A stretch of DNA of 64,000 nt from Nitrospinota bacterium. Its GTDB lineage: Bacteria; UBA8248. Position numbers and translations under genes: made by a program. The stretch covers positions 1 through 64,000 of the forward strand of contig JASLZZ010000078.1 of the NCBI GenBank assembly GCA_030754595.1, written 5' to 3'. This document shows positions 30,333 to 41,240 of this stretch, piece after piece; within the stretch, counting starts at the first letter, position 1, and every line of letters starts with the position of its first letter. Below the pieces are notes generated by a model, which was not told the origin of the DNA, did not search any database, and saw only the letters and a list, made by a program, of their open reading frames with translations.

Positions 30333-31171
30333 AACTCCAGTTCCGCGTGACGATGTGCATGGCATTCAACATTGATGCAAATTGGAAGCGCCCCGATGTG
30401 GCAGGGGTAAGTTTCGATGTGCACCGCAACACAGGTGGTGTCGCCTCCCATTCCCATGGGTCCCACCCCGGTCCGATTCACAGCTTTTAAGATATCCTGT
30501 TCGAGATCGGCAACCAGAAGGTCCGGGTTGGGCCTCCCCAGCGGCCGAAAAAGCGACCATTTCGCAATCTGGGCCGCCTTTTCGATCGATCCCCCCAGGC
30601 CAATGCCCAAAAGAAGAGGCGGACACGGATTCCCGCCCGATTCGAATACATGCTCGACAACCGTTCTCAGAATTCCTTCACGGCCGTCCGAGGGCTTGAG
30701 CATCCTGGCCATGCTCATATTTTCGCTACCCGTGCCCTTGGCGGCGAAATAAAGTACGAAGTGATCCCCCGGAACCACCCGATAGTGAATCACCGCAGGC
30801 GTGTTGTCCTTTGTATTCTTCCGCCTAAGCGGATCGTTCACAACCGACCCACGGAGATACCCATCGCGGTATCCCTGCCGGACGCCTTCGTTAATAGCGC
30901 TCTCGAGGGAGCCTCCGGTAAAGTGGACATCCTGACCAACATCGGCGAACACAACAGACAGACCCGTATCCTGACAGTAAGGGACCCTTTCGGCGGATGC
31001 CAACTCTGCGTTTTCGGTGATCTGATTCAAAATATTGCGACCCAGGGGGGAGCTTTCAGAAGCTTTGGCCGATTCGATTTGGGCCAAATACTCGGGATCA
31101 ACATTATAGTTCGATTCGATTGCCATATCCCGAATCTTTGCGGTGACTTCGGCAACATCAATCACCCGCAT
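30329..31171 (-). CDS. Fe-S hydro-lyase alpha subunit (two-subunit class I fumarate hydratase)
   Basis: CQDTG, KG.GSEN, NPCPP, G.GPMG.GG and CHA.RH motifs; TCA cluster context. Confidence 0.88.
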   Translation of the reverse strand: MRVIDVAEVTAKIRDMAIESNYNVDPEYLAQIESAKASESSPLGRNILNQITENAELASAERVPYCQDTGLSVVFADVGQDVHFTGGSLESAINEGVRQGYRDGYLRGSVVNDPLRRKNTKDNTPAVIHYRVVPGDHFVLYFAAKGTGSENMSMARMLKPSDGREGILRTVVEHVFESGGNPCPPLLLGIGLGGSIEKAAQIAKWSLFRPLGRPNPDLLVADLEQDILKAVNRTGVGPMGMGGDTTCVAVHIETYPCHIGALPICINVECHAHRHAELEF

Positions 31172-31222
31172 CGACAATCACCTCAGGCGGAAAAGGGAGA
31201 CCCCTCCAGTCCCGCCTTTCGG

Positions 31223-33423
<2,201 letters not shown>

Positions 33424-33887
33424 CGCAGGACGCTCCCTACCTGTTGGTGATAGAACGCTGACTGGTCAGCGCCATGACGGCATCAGGACACCGCCACTCG
33501 AAATAGAAAAAAATCCTTGAAAAAAAGAACGCAATCCCAATACCCTGCGCCCCTAAAACAACCTTTTTCAAGAAATCCATCTCGGCAAAGACATGATAAC
33601 CTTTGCCTTTTCCGGTTTAAGCATCTCACCGGAATATGCGCCGGTGATACTAAAGACGCAACGGAAAAAAATCAACTCGGCGGGGACCTTCACCCTCCAA
33701 TGGGAGCTACCCAATCAACCCAACGCATGAATCAACCTGTATCATCCGATAGCAAATGATTTATTCTCCTTGCAAAGTGGAGGGTCATCAGGCAATAGAA
33801 CAATTTGCCGGAATATTCATCCACCTAGAACCCCAGCGCCCCAAAGGGAGCGGGATTCCTCCTATCACTTAATGTAAAGACTTCGGA

Positions 33888-34712
33888 ATGGCTTATCACC
33901 CCAAAAAACGCCTCGGCCAACACTTCCTCCGCGACGGCGATATTTTATCCCAAATTATTGAATTTGGGGAGCTATCGGACTCTGACCAGGTTCTTGAGAT
34001 AGGCGCCGGAGATGGAACGTTAACCCGTGCCCTGCTTGCATCGGGCGCTCGCGTCACAGCCGTTGAGTTGGATCGGGATCTCCTTCCGGGATTAACAAAT
34101 CTGGCTCTGGAAGAGCCCCGGCTCGAACTCGTGGAGGGGGACGCCTTGAAAATGGACCATTTCGATCTCCCCACCCCCATGAAGGTCATCTCGAATCTTC
34201 CCTACCAGATCGCTTCTGGGATCATCTCCGATCTCTCCCCCCGGCCCGACTGGTTCCCCATGATGGTTCTGATGGTCCAGCGCGAGGTGGGAGCGCGCCT
34301 GGCGGCCGGGCCCGGCGGCAAGGATTACGGCTCCCTCACCCTCTGGGTTGGCCACCGTTATAGCGTGGAAATCAAGCGCATTGTGCCCCCCGGCTCCTTC
34401 CGCCCCCCACCCAAGGTGGACTCGGCCCTGATTCTTCTCAAGGCGCTTGATTCGCCTCGCGTCGAGGTCCCGGACGAGGAGGTCTATTTCGGGCTGATCC
34501 GGGCGGCTTTTTCCATGCGGCGCAAGACGATCCTCAACAATCTGCGCTCCTGGAGCCCTCCTGACGGTGGCCCACCTAGCGGTGGTCACCCCGGCGGCGC
34601 GCGACCCGATTGGCTCAACATCCTCAATGAGGCGGAGATCGAGACCCGCCGCCGCGCGGAGACCCTCTCGGCCGAGGACTTCGCCCGCATCGCCCGGGCC
34701 CTCGGCCCCTGA
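33888..34712 (+). CDS. rsmA: 16S rRNA adenine dimethyltransferase
   Basis: KKRLGQHFL, EIGAG.G.LT, NLPY, F.PPPKVDS and RRKT..N motifs. Confidence 0.95.
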   Translation: MAYHPKKRLGQHFLRDGDILSQIIEFGELSDSDQVLEIGAGDGTLTRALLASGARVTAVELDRDLLPGLTNLALEEPRLELVEGDALKMDHFDLPTPMKVISNLPYQIASGIISDLSPRPDWFPMMVLMVQREVGARLAAGPGGKDYGSLTLWVGHRYSVEIKRIVPPGSFRPPPKVDSALILLKALDSPRVEVPDEEVYFGLIRAAFSMRRKTILNNLRSWSPPDGGPPSGGHPGGARPDWLNILNEAEIETRRRAETLSAEDFARIARALGP

Positions 34713-34718
34713 TACGCC

Positions 34719-35876
34719 GTGCGGATACTCCTCTACCGCTCCGGAGCCCAGGGCGACACCCTGCTCACCCTTCCCGCCCTCGACGCCCTGCGCCGCCGCC
34801 ACCCGGCCGCGATCCTCACTCTCGCGGCCCATCCGGCCTACGGCGCCCCTCTCCTGGGCGCGGGGCGCGCCGACGCCCTTATCGACGCCGGGGCCCCGCC
34901 TTTTCACCTCCTGCACACCGCACCGGTGCTGCACACTGCACCAGTGCCGCGCGCCCCTCAGGAAGTGCCGCACCCCGCGCCTGAGACGGACGACCTCGAC
35001 CGCCTCCTTCGGGCCTTCGGCCTCATCATCCTCCTCACCCGCGACCCCGAGGGGCTTGGCCCCGAGGGCGCCGCCGCCGCCCGCCTCCGGTCCCTCAAGG
35101 CCCAGACCAGCAAGGTCAGTACCCTCATCGCCCCGCCCTTTCCGCCCGAGGGGGACCGCCGCCACATCGCCGCCTGGACCTTGGGGACGCTCGCCGCCCT
35201 AAAGGCGAAAATATCGATCTTGCCTGATGCCCCCACCGCACCTGCCGTCAAATGCGGGGAAATGCGCGTTGCTTCATGCGATTCCGCACCGGCGGCGGCG
35301 CCTGAGACCGGACCCGAAGCTGCCTTATCGAACCTCAACCCAGCTCCCGACCCGCTCATACAAACCGAGCAAATACAATCAGATGCCAACAAAACCCTGA
35401 ACCGGCTTGGCATCTCCTCCGCGAGTTCCTTCATCGCCATCCATCCCGGCGGCGGAGGCCGCCCCAAGTGGCCGCCCTCCGCCGCCCTCGCCGCCCTCGC
35501 CAGGGGTTTTTGCAAAAAGACCGGCGCCCGCCCCCTCCTCATCGAGGGCCCGGCCGACGAGGCCCCTACCGCTCTTTTCAAGGCCGCCTGGGGTGCGATC
35601 GCGCACACCAGTGGCGCGGAGGAAATACCCCGCCTCGTCTCCCCCCCGCTCGACCTCCTCTCCGCCCTTCTCGCCCGCTCCGCCGCCTTCGTCGGCGGAG
35701 ACTCGGGCGTCAGCCACCTCGCCGCCCTCTCCGGTGCGCCCACCCTCGCCCTATTAGGCCCCGCCTCCAACCCCGTCCGCTGGGGCCCCATCGGGCCGAG
35801 AGCGGGCTGGATATCGTGGAATAAAGCCGATGAGGGAGCGGACAGCTTGATGAGACTGGCGGGGAGAGAGCCCTGA
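34719..35876 (+). CDS. glycosyltransferase family 9 (heptosyltransferase-like)
   Basis: RILL.R..A.GD, IHPG.G...K, VG.DSG.SHLAA and WGP motifs. Confidence 0.85.
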   Translation: MRILLYRSGAQGDTLLTLPALDALRRRHPAAILTLAAHPAYGAPLLGAGRADALIDAGAPPFHLLHTAPVLHTAPVPRAPQEVPHPAPETDDLDRLLRAFGLIILLTRDPEGLGPEGAAAARLRSLKAQTSKVSTLIAPPFPPEGDRRHIAAWTLGTLAALKAKISILPDAPTAPAVKCGEMRVASCDSAPAAAPETGPEAALSNLNPAPDPLIQTEQIQSDANKTLNRLGISSASSFIAIHPGGGGRPKWPPSAALAALARGFCKKTGARPLLIEGPADEAPTALFKAAWGAIAHTSGAEEIPRLVSPPLDLLSALLARSAAFVGGDSGVSHLAALSGAPTLALLGPASNPVRWGPIGPRAGWISWNKADEGADSLMRLAGREP

Positions 35877-36189
35877 TCGGGGCCGGGATTCGCAGGCGGA
35901 TAGTCTTCCGGAGCCAGATGGGATGCCCCCCCCGAGGCCAACCGCCGGGGGAATGTCAGGCAAGGAACCCACTAGTGGGGAGAAGTATGTCTGGGGAGCG
36001 CCGAAGTGCTTGAAAGTGAAACTATTATTGACTGTTGTCCGGGTCCGGAGGGGCAGTTCGGGTCCGGAGCCGGTCGCCTGGAGAGAAAACCTTGGCGTGA
36101 AATGCCAAACTAGGCTAGGATTTTTCCACAACAAAACCATATGGGAAATGCCGGGCAAGCAGGGTTGCCGCGAGGGAGAGGAGGAACGC

Positions 36190-36693
36190 ATGGAAGCCGA
36201 TGAAAAGAAAAAACTTGCCGAAGAGATCGGAGAGTGCGCCCGCGAATACACCATGAAATACGGCGGCTGAACTCAGACCGTTCTTGCAGCTTTGCAAGAA
36301 AAGCTCGGTATGGAGGATGCGGGCGCCTTTCGTGCGGGAAGCGCCCTTGCCGGCGGTGTGGCCAAGATGGGGGAAACCTGCGGCGCGCTCACGGGCGCCC
36401 TGATGGCGGTGGGCCTCGCCGCGGGAAGGGAGCAACTCGAGGACACCGCCCAGCTGGGACAGTCGATGATCCCCGCCGAAAAGATTTATCTCCGCTTTCA
36501 GGAAGCCGAGGGAACCACGCGTTGCGCCGAGATTCACAAGACCCGCTACGGGCAGAGCTTCCAGCTCACCGACCCGGAGCAATACAAGGCGTTCGTGGAG
36601 GCGGGGGGACACGACGCAACCGGTTGTCCGGACGTTTGCTGCAACGCCGCCCGGATCGCCGCCGAGGTGATCCTCGACCTGCGCGAGGAGTAA
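36190..36693 (+). CDS. C-GCAxxG-C-C family redox protein, predicted selenoprotein (in-frame TGA at 36268-36270)
   Basis: RBS GAGGAGG and ATG 36190; ...YGG[TGA]TQTVLAA continues in frame into AGG....GETCGALTG...TRC...GC; SECIS-like hairpin downstream. Confidence 0.88.
36277..36309 (+). promoter_or_regulatory. bacterial SECIS-like hairpin
   Basis: ACCG-TTCTTGCA-GCTT-TGCAAGAA-AAGCT-CGGT; the apical loop starts with G, 18 nt after the UGA. Confidence 0.75.
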
Positions 36694-36895
36694 GAGGCCG
36701 GGAACCGGCAAGACGGCGGCGGATCTGGCGCTTCCCAGGCTCGTGGGCTGTTCCGCCTCACCTCCTCCGGCGCGCTTTCCGGCTGAAAAACCGGTTACTC
36801 AACGGGCCGCCCTCAGCCCCCCCCCGGCCGGGTGGATTCCGCGAAATCGCGCCGAAGAGGAAGGGGAGCTTTTGATGAGATTGGTGTGGGATTTT

Positions 36896-36946
36896 TCGTG
36901 AATTTACCTGAACGTAGTTACATAACTATCTGATTTTAAGGATATT
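36896..36946. repeat. ~50-bp direct repeat, copy A, containing an IHF consensus
   Basis: 40/51 identical to 38289-38339; TAACTATCTGATT is WATCARNNNNTTR on the minus strand. Confidence 0.65.
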
Positions 36947-37008
36947 CCATTCGATCAACTCGATCGGACCGGCTAAACCCGCATCAAACAGGCGAATGAC
37001 TCGCCGGA

Positions 37009-37977
37009 TTACGACACCCAGTTAATGTTGGCGGGCAGATTGCCGGGATTATAGTCGTTCGCGGCATTTTCCATGCGGTCCTTTACGCTCTGGTGGATAG
37101 ATGCATTCTCGCGAATTTCCCGAGGATCGCTTCCAAAGATAATCCACAATCCCGTGTATGACTCGTGGATTTCATCATGAGGGTTGCCAGGGAATTTTCC
37201 CGCGACAGTGGCATCTATTTCCATTCCGCACCCACCGGCTTTTTCCAACATCCACTGCAGGGCAAGGTTGGAGAGCCCTCGTTCGTCGTACCATCCTCCA
37301 ACGTCGGAGTGCACGCCCGCGAACCACACTTGCTCAATCGTTTGCCCGGCGGCGGCACTATTCGTATCCCATGCGTCATACGGAAATTTCTCCCTTTTCT
37401 CGTCAATGGCCAACGCCTGGTAACCAAGCGTCACATCCGGATTCAGCTTAGAATCATGGAATTTTTTATCGGCGTTCATTGACAGTGATTTCACCGTGTC
37501 CCAAACGCCAATAAAATGAACCGGGCATGCACGCGAAAATATCGCTTTAAATCCGGCCGCGACTTCATCATTTTTTTTGGTGTTGTAAATTTTAGAAGCA
37601 TATTCCACAAGGTTATCGGAGCCTTTTTCGAGCAAACCGCATTTATAAATCATTCCCGCCAGGGAGCGGACAGTGAAAGCCCCCCGGCTAAATCCGAACA
37701 GGTAGATATTATCCCCCGCCTCGTAAAATTCCATCAATATGCGGTATGCGTCCAAGACATTTTATTGCAGACCCTCGCCGGTGGCCTGGTCGCTTTTTGC
37801 CTTAAGGTCCAATGGACTATCTTCATGATATTCCCAACCGCCCGTTCCGACACCCGGATCGTAAAACGCAATTTGCGTTGCGGACTTTTTAGCGGCCATA
37901 TACGTCAAGACTATATTCGTGTTGTTTTTCCCGTACTCGTTCCCGGTCCCATCACAACAAATCACGATATTTTTCAT
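37009..37977 (-). pseudogene. DUF2235 (Tle1-like alpha/beta hydrolase) interrupted by an in-frame TAA at 37762-37764
   Basis: KNIVICCDGTGN, Y..GVGT, GEGLQ*NVLDAY, GFSRGA, GVWDTV and GVHSDVGG motifs; both halves are in the same frame. Confidence 0.85.
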
Positions 37978-38164
37978 TTTCCAATCTCCCCGGTAACAAC
38001 CCAATTCTCCGAGACAAGGGCCGACGGAGATTCCTTTTGATGCTTCCCTCGGAGGAAGGCACTTGAGGTGTTTTTATGTCGGTATCGACCAAGCCCAATG
38101 GCCCACACACCGACTCAGTTTAAAGTTATTTATTAATAAATTTACTACGAAATAACAGGTGGAT

Positions 38165-38177
38165 CAATGATCTGATT
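38165..38177 (-). promoter_or_regulatory. IHF consensus site
   Basis: Plus strand CAATGATCTGATT reads AATCAG-ATCA-TTG on the minus strand. Confidence 0.45.
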
Positions 38178-38288
38178 TCATGCCCCCGGCGCGGTGGTAC
38201 CCGCGCGGGACGAACCGGAAAGCCCGGGTGAATTCCGTGGGAACGCACGGACAAGGGAGCGGAATGCTTGGTGCGGCTGGCGAAGGTG

Positions 38289-38339
38289 TCGTGAAATTAC
38301 CTGAAAATAAGTTCGTAACTAGCTGATTATACTGATATT
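38289..38339. repeat. ~50-bp direct repeat, copy B, containing an IHF consensus
   Basis: TCGTGAAATTACCTGAA...TAACTAGCTGATT...GATATT, matching copy A. Confidence 0.65.
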
Positions 38340-38373
38340 ATGGTATGTCAAAAGCCAGCTTGTCCGGCCCCTT

Positions 38374-39657
38374 CTAGGCCCTCACGCGCCAGACGGCGGC
38401 GGCACTGACGAGCCGTGCGGCGGCTATCGTCCCGAACACCCAGACCCACCCGCCCGAGGCGGCCATCGACAGCCAGCCGAAGAGCCAGGCCTGCACCGCC
38501 CCGTAGATGTAGCCGTGGACGCTCAGGAGCCCGGTCCCGGTCCCGGCGAGCCGGCGGCCGACGAGATCGATCGCCAGCGCGGGCAGCGGGGCCATGTTCA
38601 GCGTGAAACCGGTCAGGAAGAGCAGCCCCGAGGCGAGGGGGGCGTTGTCCGCCGGGCTCAGCGCGATCGCGGCGATGGCGGCCCCGCTCAGGAGGGCGGC
38701 CATCATGATCACCCGTGAGCGGTTGCTCCCGAAGAGGCGGTCCGAGATGTATCCGCCCATCAGGGGCCCGAGCATGATCCCGGCCGGGTAGGCCACCGTC
38801 ACGAGCGACATCTCCTTGAGGCCGAAGCCGCCCGCCTGGGCGTAGTATACCGGCGCCCACGAAACCACCCCGTAGCGGACCAGAACGTCCAGCCCCCGGA
38901 GGTGGCAGGCGAGGACGAAGCGCCAGTTCGTCATGACGTGGACGTAGGCGGCGAGGCCTCTTTCAGATTCCTCCGAGGCGGCCTCGGCCTCGCGGGAGAC
39001 GGCCTCGGACTCGGCGTACTCGGGCAGCCCCACCTGGCCGGGCCGGTCGCGAGCGATGAGATAGATCGCCATCCCCATCAGTGAGATCAGCATCGGGGGC
39101 CAGCGCATCGCCGCGCGCCAGCCCCACTCCGCCGCCACCCAGGGCGCTATCAGCCAGACCACCACCATCGCGACGCCCGCCGAGGCGCTGGCGAGCCCGA
39201 CCGCCCTGCCCCGCTCCCGCCGCGACCACCACTGGGCGATGAGCCCGAGGCCGGGGGCCCAGGTGGCGGCTCCGAAAAACCCGGCCAGCGCCCAGGGCAC
39301 GAGAAGCCCCTGCGCCGAGTCGGCGTAGCTCGCGACAAAATTAAAGACCCCGATACCGGCGGCCCCGTAGAGGAGCACCACCCGGTAGCCGATCCGCTCG
39401 GCGATCCGCCCGTGGAGAGTCCCCCCGAGCGCGAAGCCCCAGAACATCCAGGAGTTGATCCAGCCCGTGTCGGCCCGGGTGATCCCCAGGTCCTCGATGA
39501 CGGCGGTCTGGATGAGGCTGAAATTGAAGCGGCCCAGATAGCTCGTCGCATAAAAGGCGCAAAAGGCGAGCAGCACCCGCCACTTCCACCGGCGAAAGGC
39601 GCCGGCCGGATCCAATGACTCCGCATCTGGGCTCATGGGAGCAGAATTATGGGCCAA
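38374..39657 (-). CDS. MFS transporter (OPA/GlpT-UhpC-like)
   Basis: Y..SYLGR.NFS, W....ERG and GYISDRLF motifs; about 12 hydrophobic segments; start uncertain. Confidence 0.88.
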   Translation of the reverse strand: MAHNSAPMSPDAESLDPAGAFRRWKWRVLLAFCAFYATSYLGRFNFSLIQTAVIEDLGITRADTGWINSWMFWGFALGGTLHGRIAERIGYRVVLLYGAAGIGVFNFVASYADSAQGLLVPWALAGFFGAATWAPGLGLIAQWWSRRERGRAVGLASASAGVAMVVVWLIAPWVAAEWGWRAAMRWPPMLISLMGMAIYLIARDRPGQVGLPEYAESEAVSREAEAASEESERGLAAYVHVMTNWRFVLACHLRGLDVLVRYGVVSWAPVYYAQAGGFGLKEMSLVTVAYPAGIMLGPLMGGYISDRLFGSNRSRVIMMAALLSGAAIAAIALSPADNAPLASGLLFLTGFTLNMAPLPALAIDLVGRRLAGTGTGLLSVHGYIYGAVQAWLFGWLSMAASGGWVWVFGTIAAARLVSAAAVWRVRA

Positions 39658-39916
39658 CCCCGCCCCGCCATCAAATTCGACCGGCGCGGTCTCCGATAGG
39701 CCAGTCCCCGGCGTGGATACCTGGTGCGGCCGGGGCGGTCCCCGATAAGTCGGCTGGCGCGGCCGGGGAAGCTGGCGCGGCGAGTATTAGATTCCACTCA
39801 AGGGTGATTGTGCTAGAATTTCGTTATCCAATAGGGCACCCGGGAAAAGTCGGTTAACAAGACTTTTTTTGTTTTGATAGGGGGAGCGATGCCCAAGGAA
39901 AGGGGGGAGGCCCGTC

Positions 39917-40471
39917 ATGGCTAAAGATGAAAACCCGGACGAGAAAAAGGGAAAGAAGCAATCCGGAACCTCGAAGGTCGTTTTCACGAAAAAGTTGCCC
40001 GCCAAGATACGGGACCTTATCTCCAAGCTTCAACAAAACTATCCGTTTTTCGCCGAGATGCACGAAAAAGAAATCGAAGAACTCCTCCGCCAATGCGAAA
40101 ATGAAACGTTTCGTGACGGAGAAATCATTTTCGAAAAAGGGGCCGGGGGGGACAAGTTTTATTTAATTGTCTCGGGCAGCGTCCTCATTTTCCCGGGTAA
40201 TGCCGAGATTCGCCTGGAGCCGGGAAATGTATTTGGCGAGATGGCGATTCTCGATCGCTCGGAACGTACGGCGACCGCCATGGCGGCATCCGATGCCACG
40301 CTCTTATCCCTTCACCAGAAGGTTTTTTCCACGGAGATGCTTGCCCTGCGCAGCAAGATAGCCATAGGCATCGCCAAGCAGCTTTCCGAAAAACTTCGCA
40401 ACACCAACCAGATCATGAGGCAGATTGCGGATCAGCTTTCCGGTGCCTTGAAAAAAATCGCCGAACTCTAG
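39917..40471 (+). CDS. cyclic nucleotide-binding domain protein (no HTH)
   Basis: IF.KG..GD.FYLIVSGSV and FGEMAILD...RTATA motifs; RBS GGAGG. Confidence 0.85.
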   Translation: MAKDENPDEKKGKKQSGTSKVVFTKKLPAKIRDLISKLQQNYPFFAEMHEKEIEELLRQCENETFRDGEIIFEKGAGGDKFYLIVSGSVLIFPGNAEIRLEPGNVFGEMAILDRSERTATAMAASDATLLSLHQKVFSTEMLALRSKIAIGIAKQLSEKLRNTNQIMRQIADQLSGALKKIAEL

Positions 40472-40493
40472 GGGAAAGTCTCCGAGAAGGCTC

Positions 40494-41240
40494 TCAGTCG
40501 ATCCCGCTGCCGATGCGGACCCAGCGGACGCTGCCCGCCTCATGGTTCCAGGACCAGTAGATCAAGAACGCCGAGCCGCGAATCTTCGAGTCCCAGCAGG
40601 CGGACCGCCAGAGCCCGCAGGGAAAGGGAAGATCCCAGACGTAGTCGGAGAATCTGAGGCGGAAGTGACCGAGTTGATCGCCCGCCTTCAAAAACCCCCA
40701 GAAGCGGCTGTCCTGGCTGTTGTTGCGGTTGTCGCCGAGGACGAGATAGCTCCCCTTCGGGACGCGGAAGGGGGTGCGCTCGCTCGGCGGGCCCGCCGCG
40801 ACCCCGTCGGGGTCCTTGAATACGGCGTAGGGCTCTTCAAGCGGGGCGCACCGATCGAGGGCGCCGGGGGTCTTGCAGTTGACGTAGACGCGCTTCTCCC
40901 GGACCAGCACCACGTCGCCCGGAAGCCCGACGACGCGCTTGATGAAGTCGCGCCGCTCGTCCTGCGGGAAGCGAAAGACGATCACGTCGCCGCGCTCGAT
41001 GTCGCGGAACCAGTAGATGAACTTGCTCACGAGAATATGGTCGCCGACGAGGAGGGTGTTCTCCATCGAGCCCGATGGAATCTTGAAGGCCTGGACGATG
41101 AAAGCGCGCACGAAGAGCGCGAGAAAGAGCGCGATCAGGATCGCCTCGGCGTACTCCCGAATCGTCGACTTTTCCCGCCGGGGCGAATCGGCGTCCTTAT
41201 CGGCGGCCCGAGCGTCCTCGGCCGCGGCGCCCTCGGTCAC
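40494..41240 (-). CDS. lepB: signal peptidase I
   Basis: [20 protein letters not shown] and GDNRNNS.DSR.WG motifs; the GTG overlaps the lepA stop. Confidence 0.95.
   Translation of the reverse strand: MTEGAAAEDARAADKDADSPRREKSTIREYAEAILIALFLALFVRAFIVQAFKIPSGSMENTLLVGDHILVSKFIYWFRDIERGDVIVFRFPQDERRDFIKRVVGLPGDVVLVREKRVYVNCKTPGALDRCAPLEEPYAVFKDPDGVAAGPPSERTPFRVPKGSYLVLGDNRNNSQDSRFWGFLKAGDQLGHFRLRFSDYVWDLPFPCGLWRSACWDSKIRGSAFLIYWSWNHEAGSVRWVRIGSGID

Noticed and set aside
33517..33759. 80-aa ORF in the icd-rsmA intergenic region
   Set aside because: TTG start, no RBS or motifs; more likely divergent promoter DNA.
35988..36030. glycine riboswitch-like TCTGGGGAG...GCCGAAG
   Set aside because: Lacks the CTCTCAGG element and the expected stems.
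35923..36189. N-terminal extension of the selenoprotein ORF
   Set aside because: The strong RBS at ATG 36190 and typical family length argue for the downstream start.
37762..37764. recoded stop (Sec/Pyl) in DUF2235
   Set aside because: The codon is TAA, not TGA or TAG, and the position is not a Cys site.
38190..38208. T-box-like GGTGGTACC
   Set aside because: No stem I, terminator or downstream amino-acid gene; explained by a local hairpin.
38326..38353. dif site
   Set aside because: Only a partial XerD-arm resemblance (GTATGTCAAA); no XerC arm.
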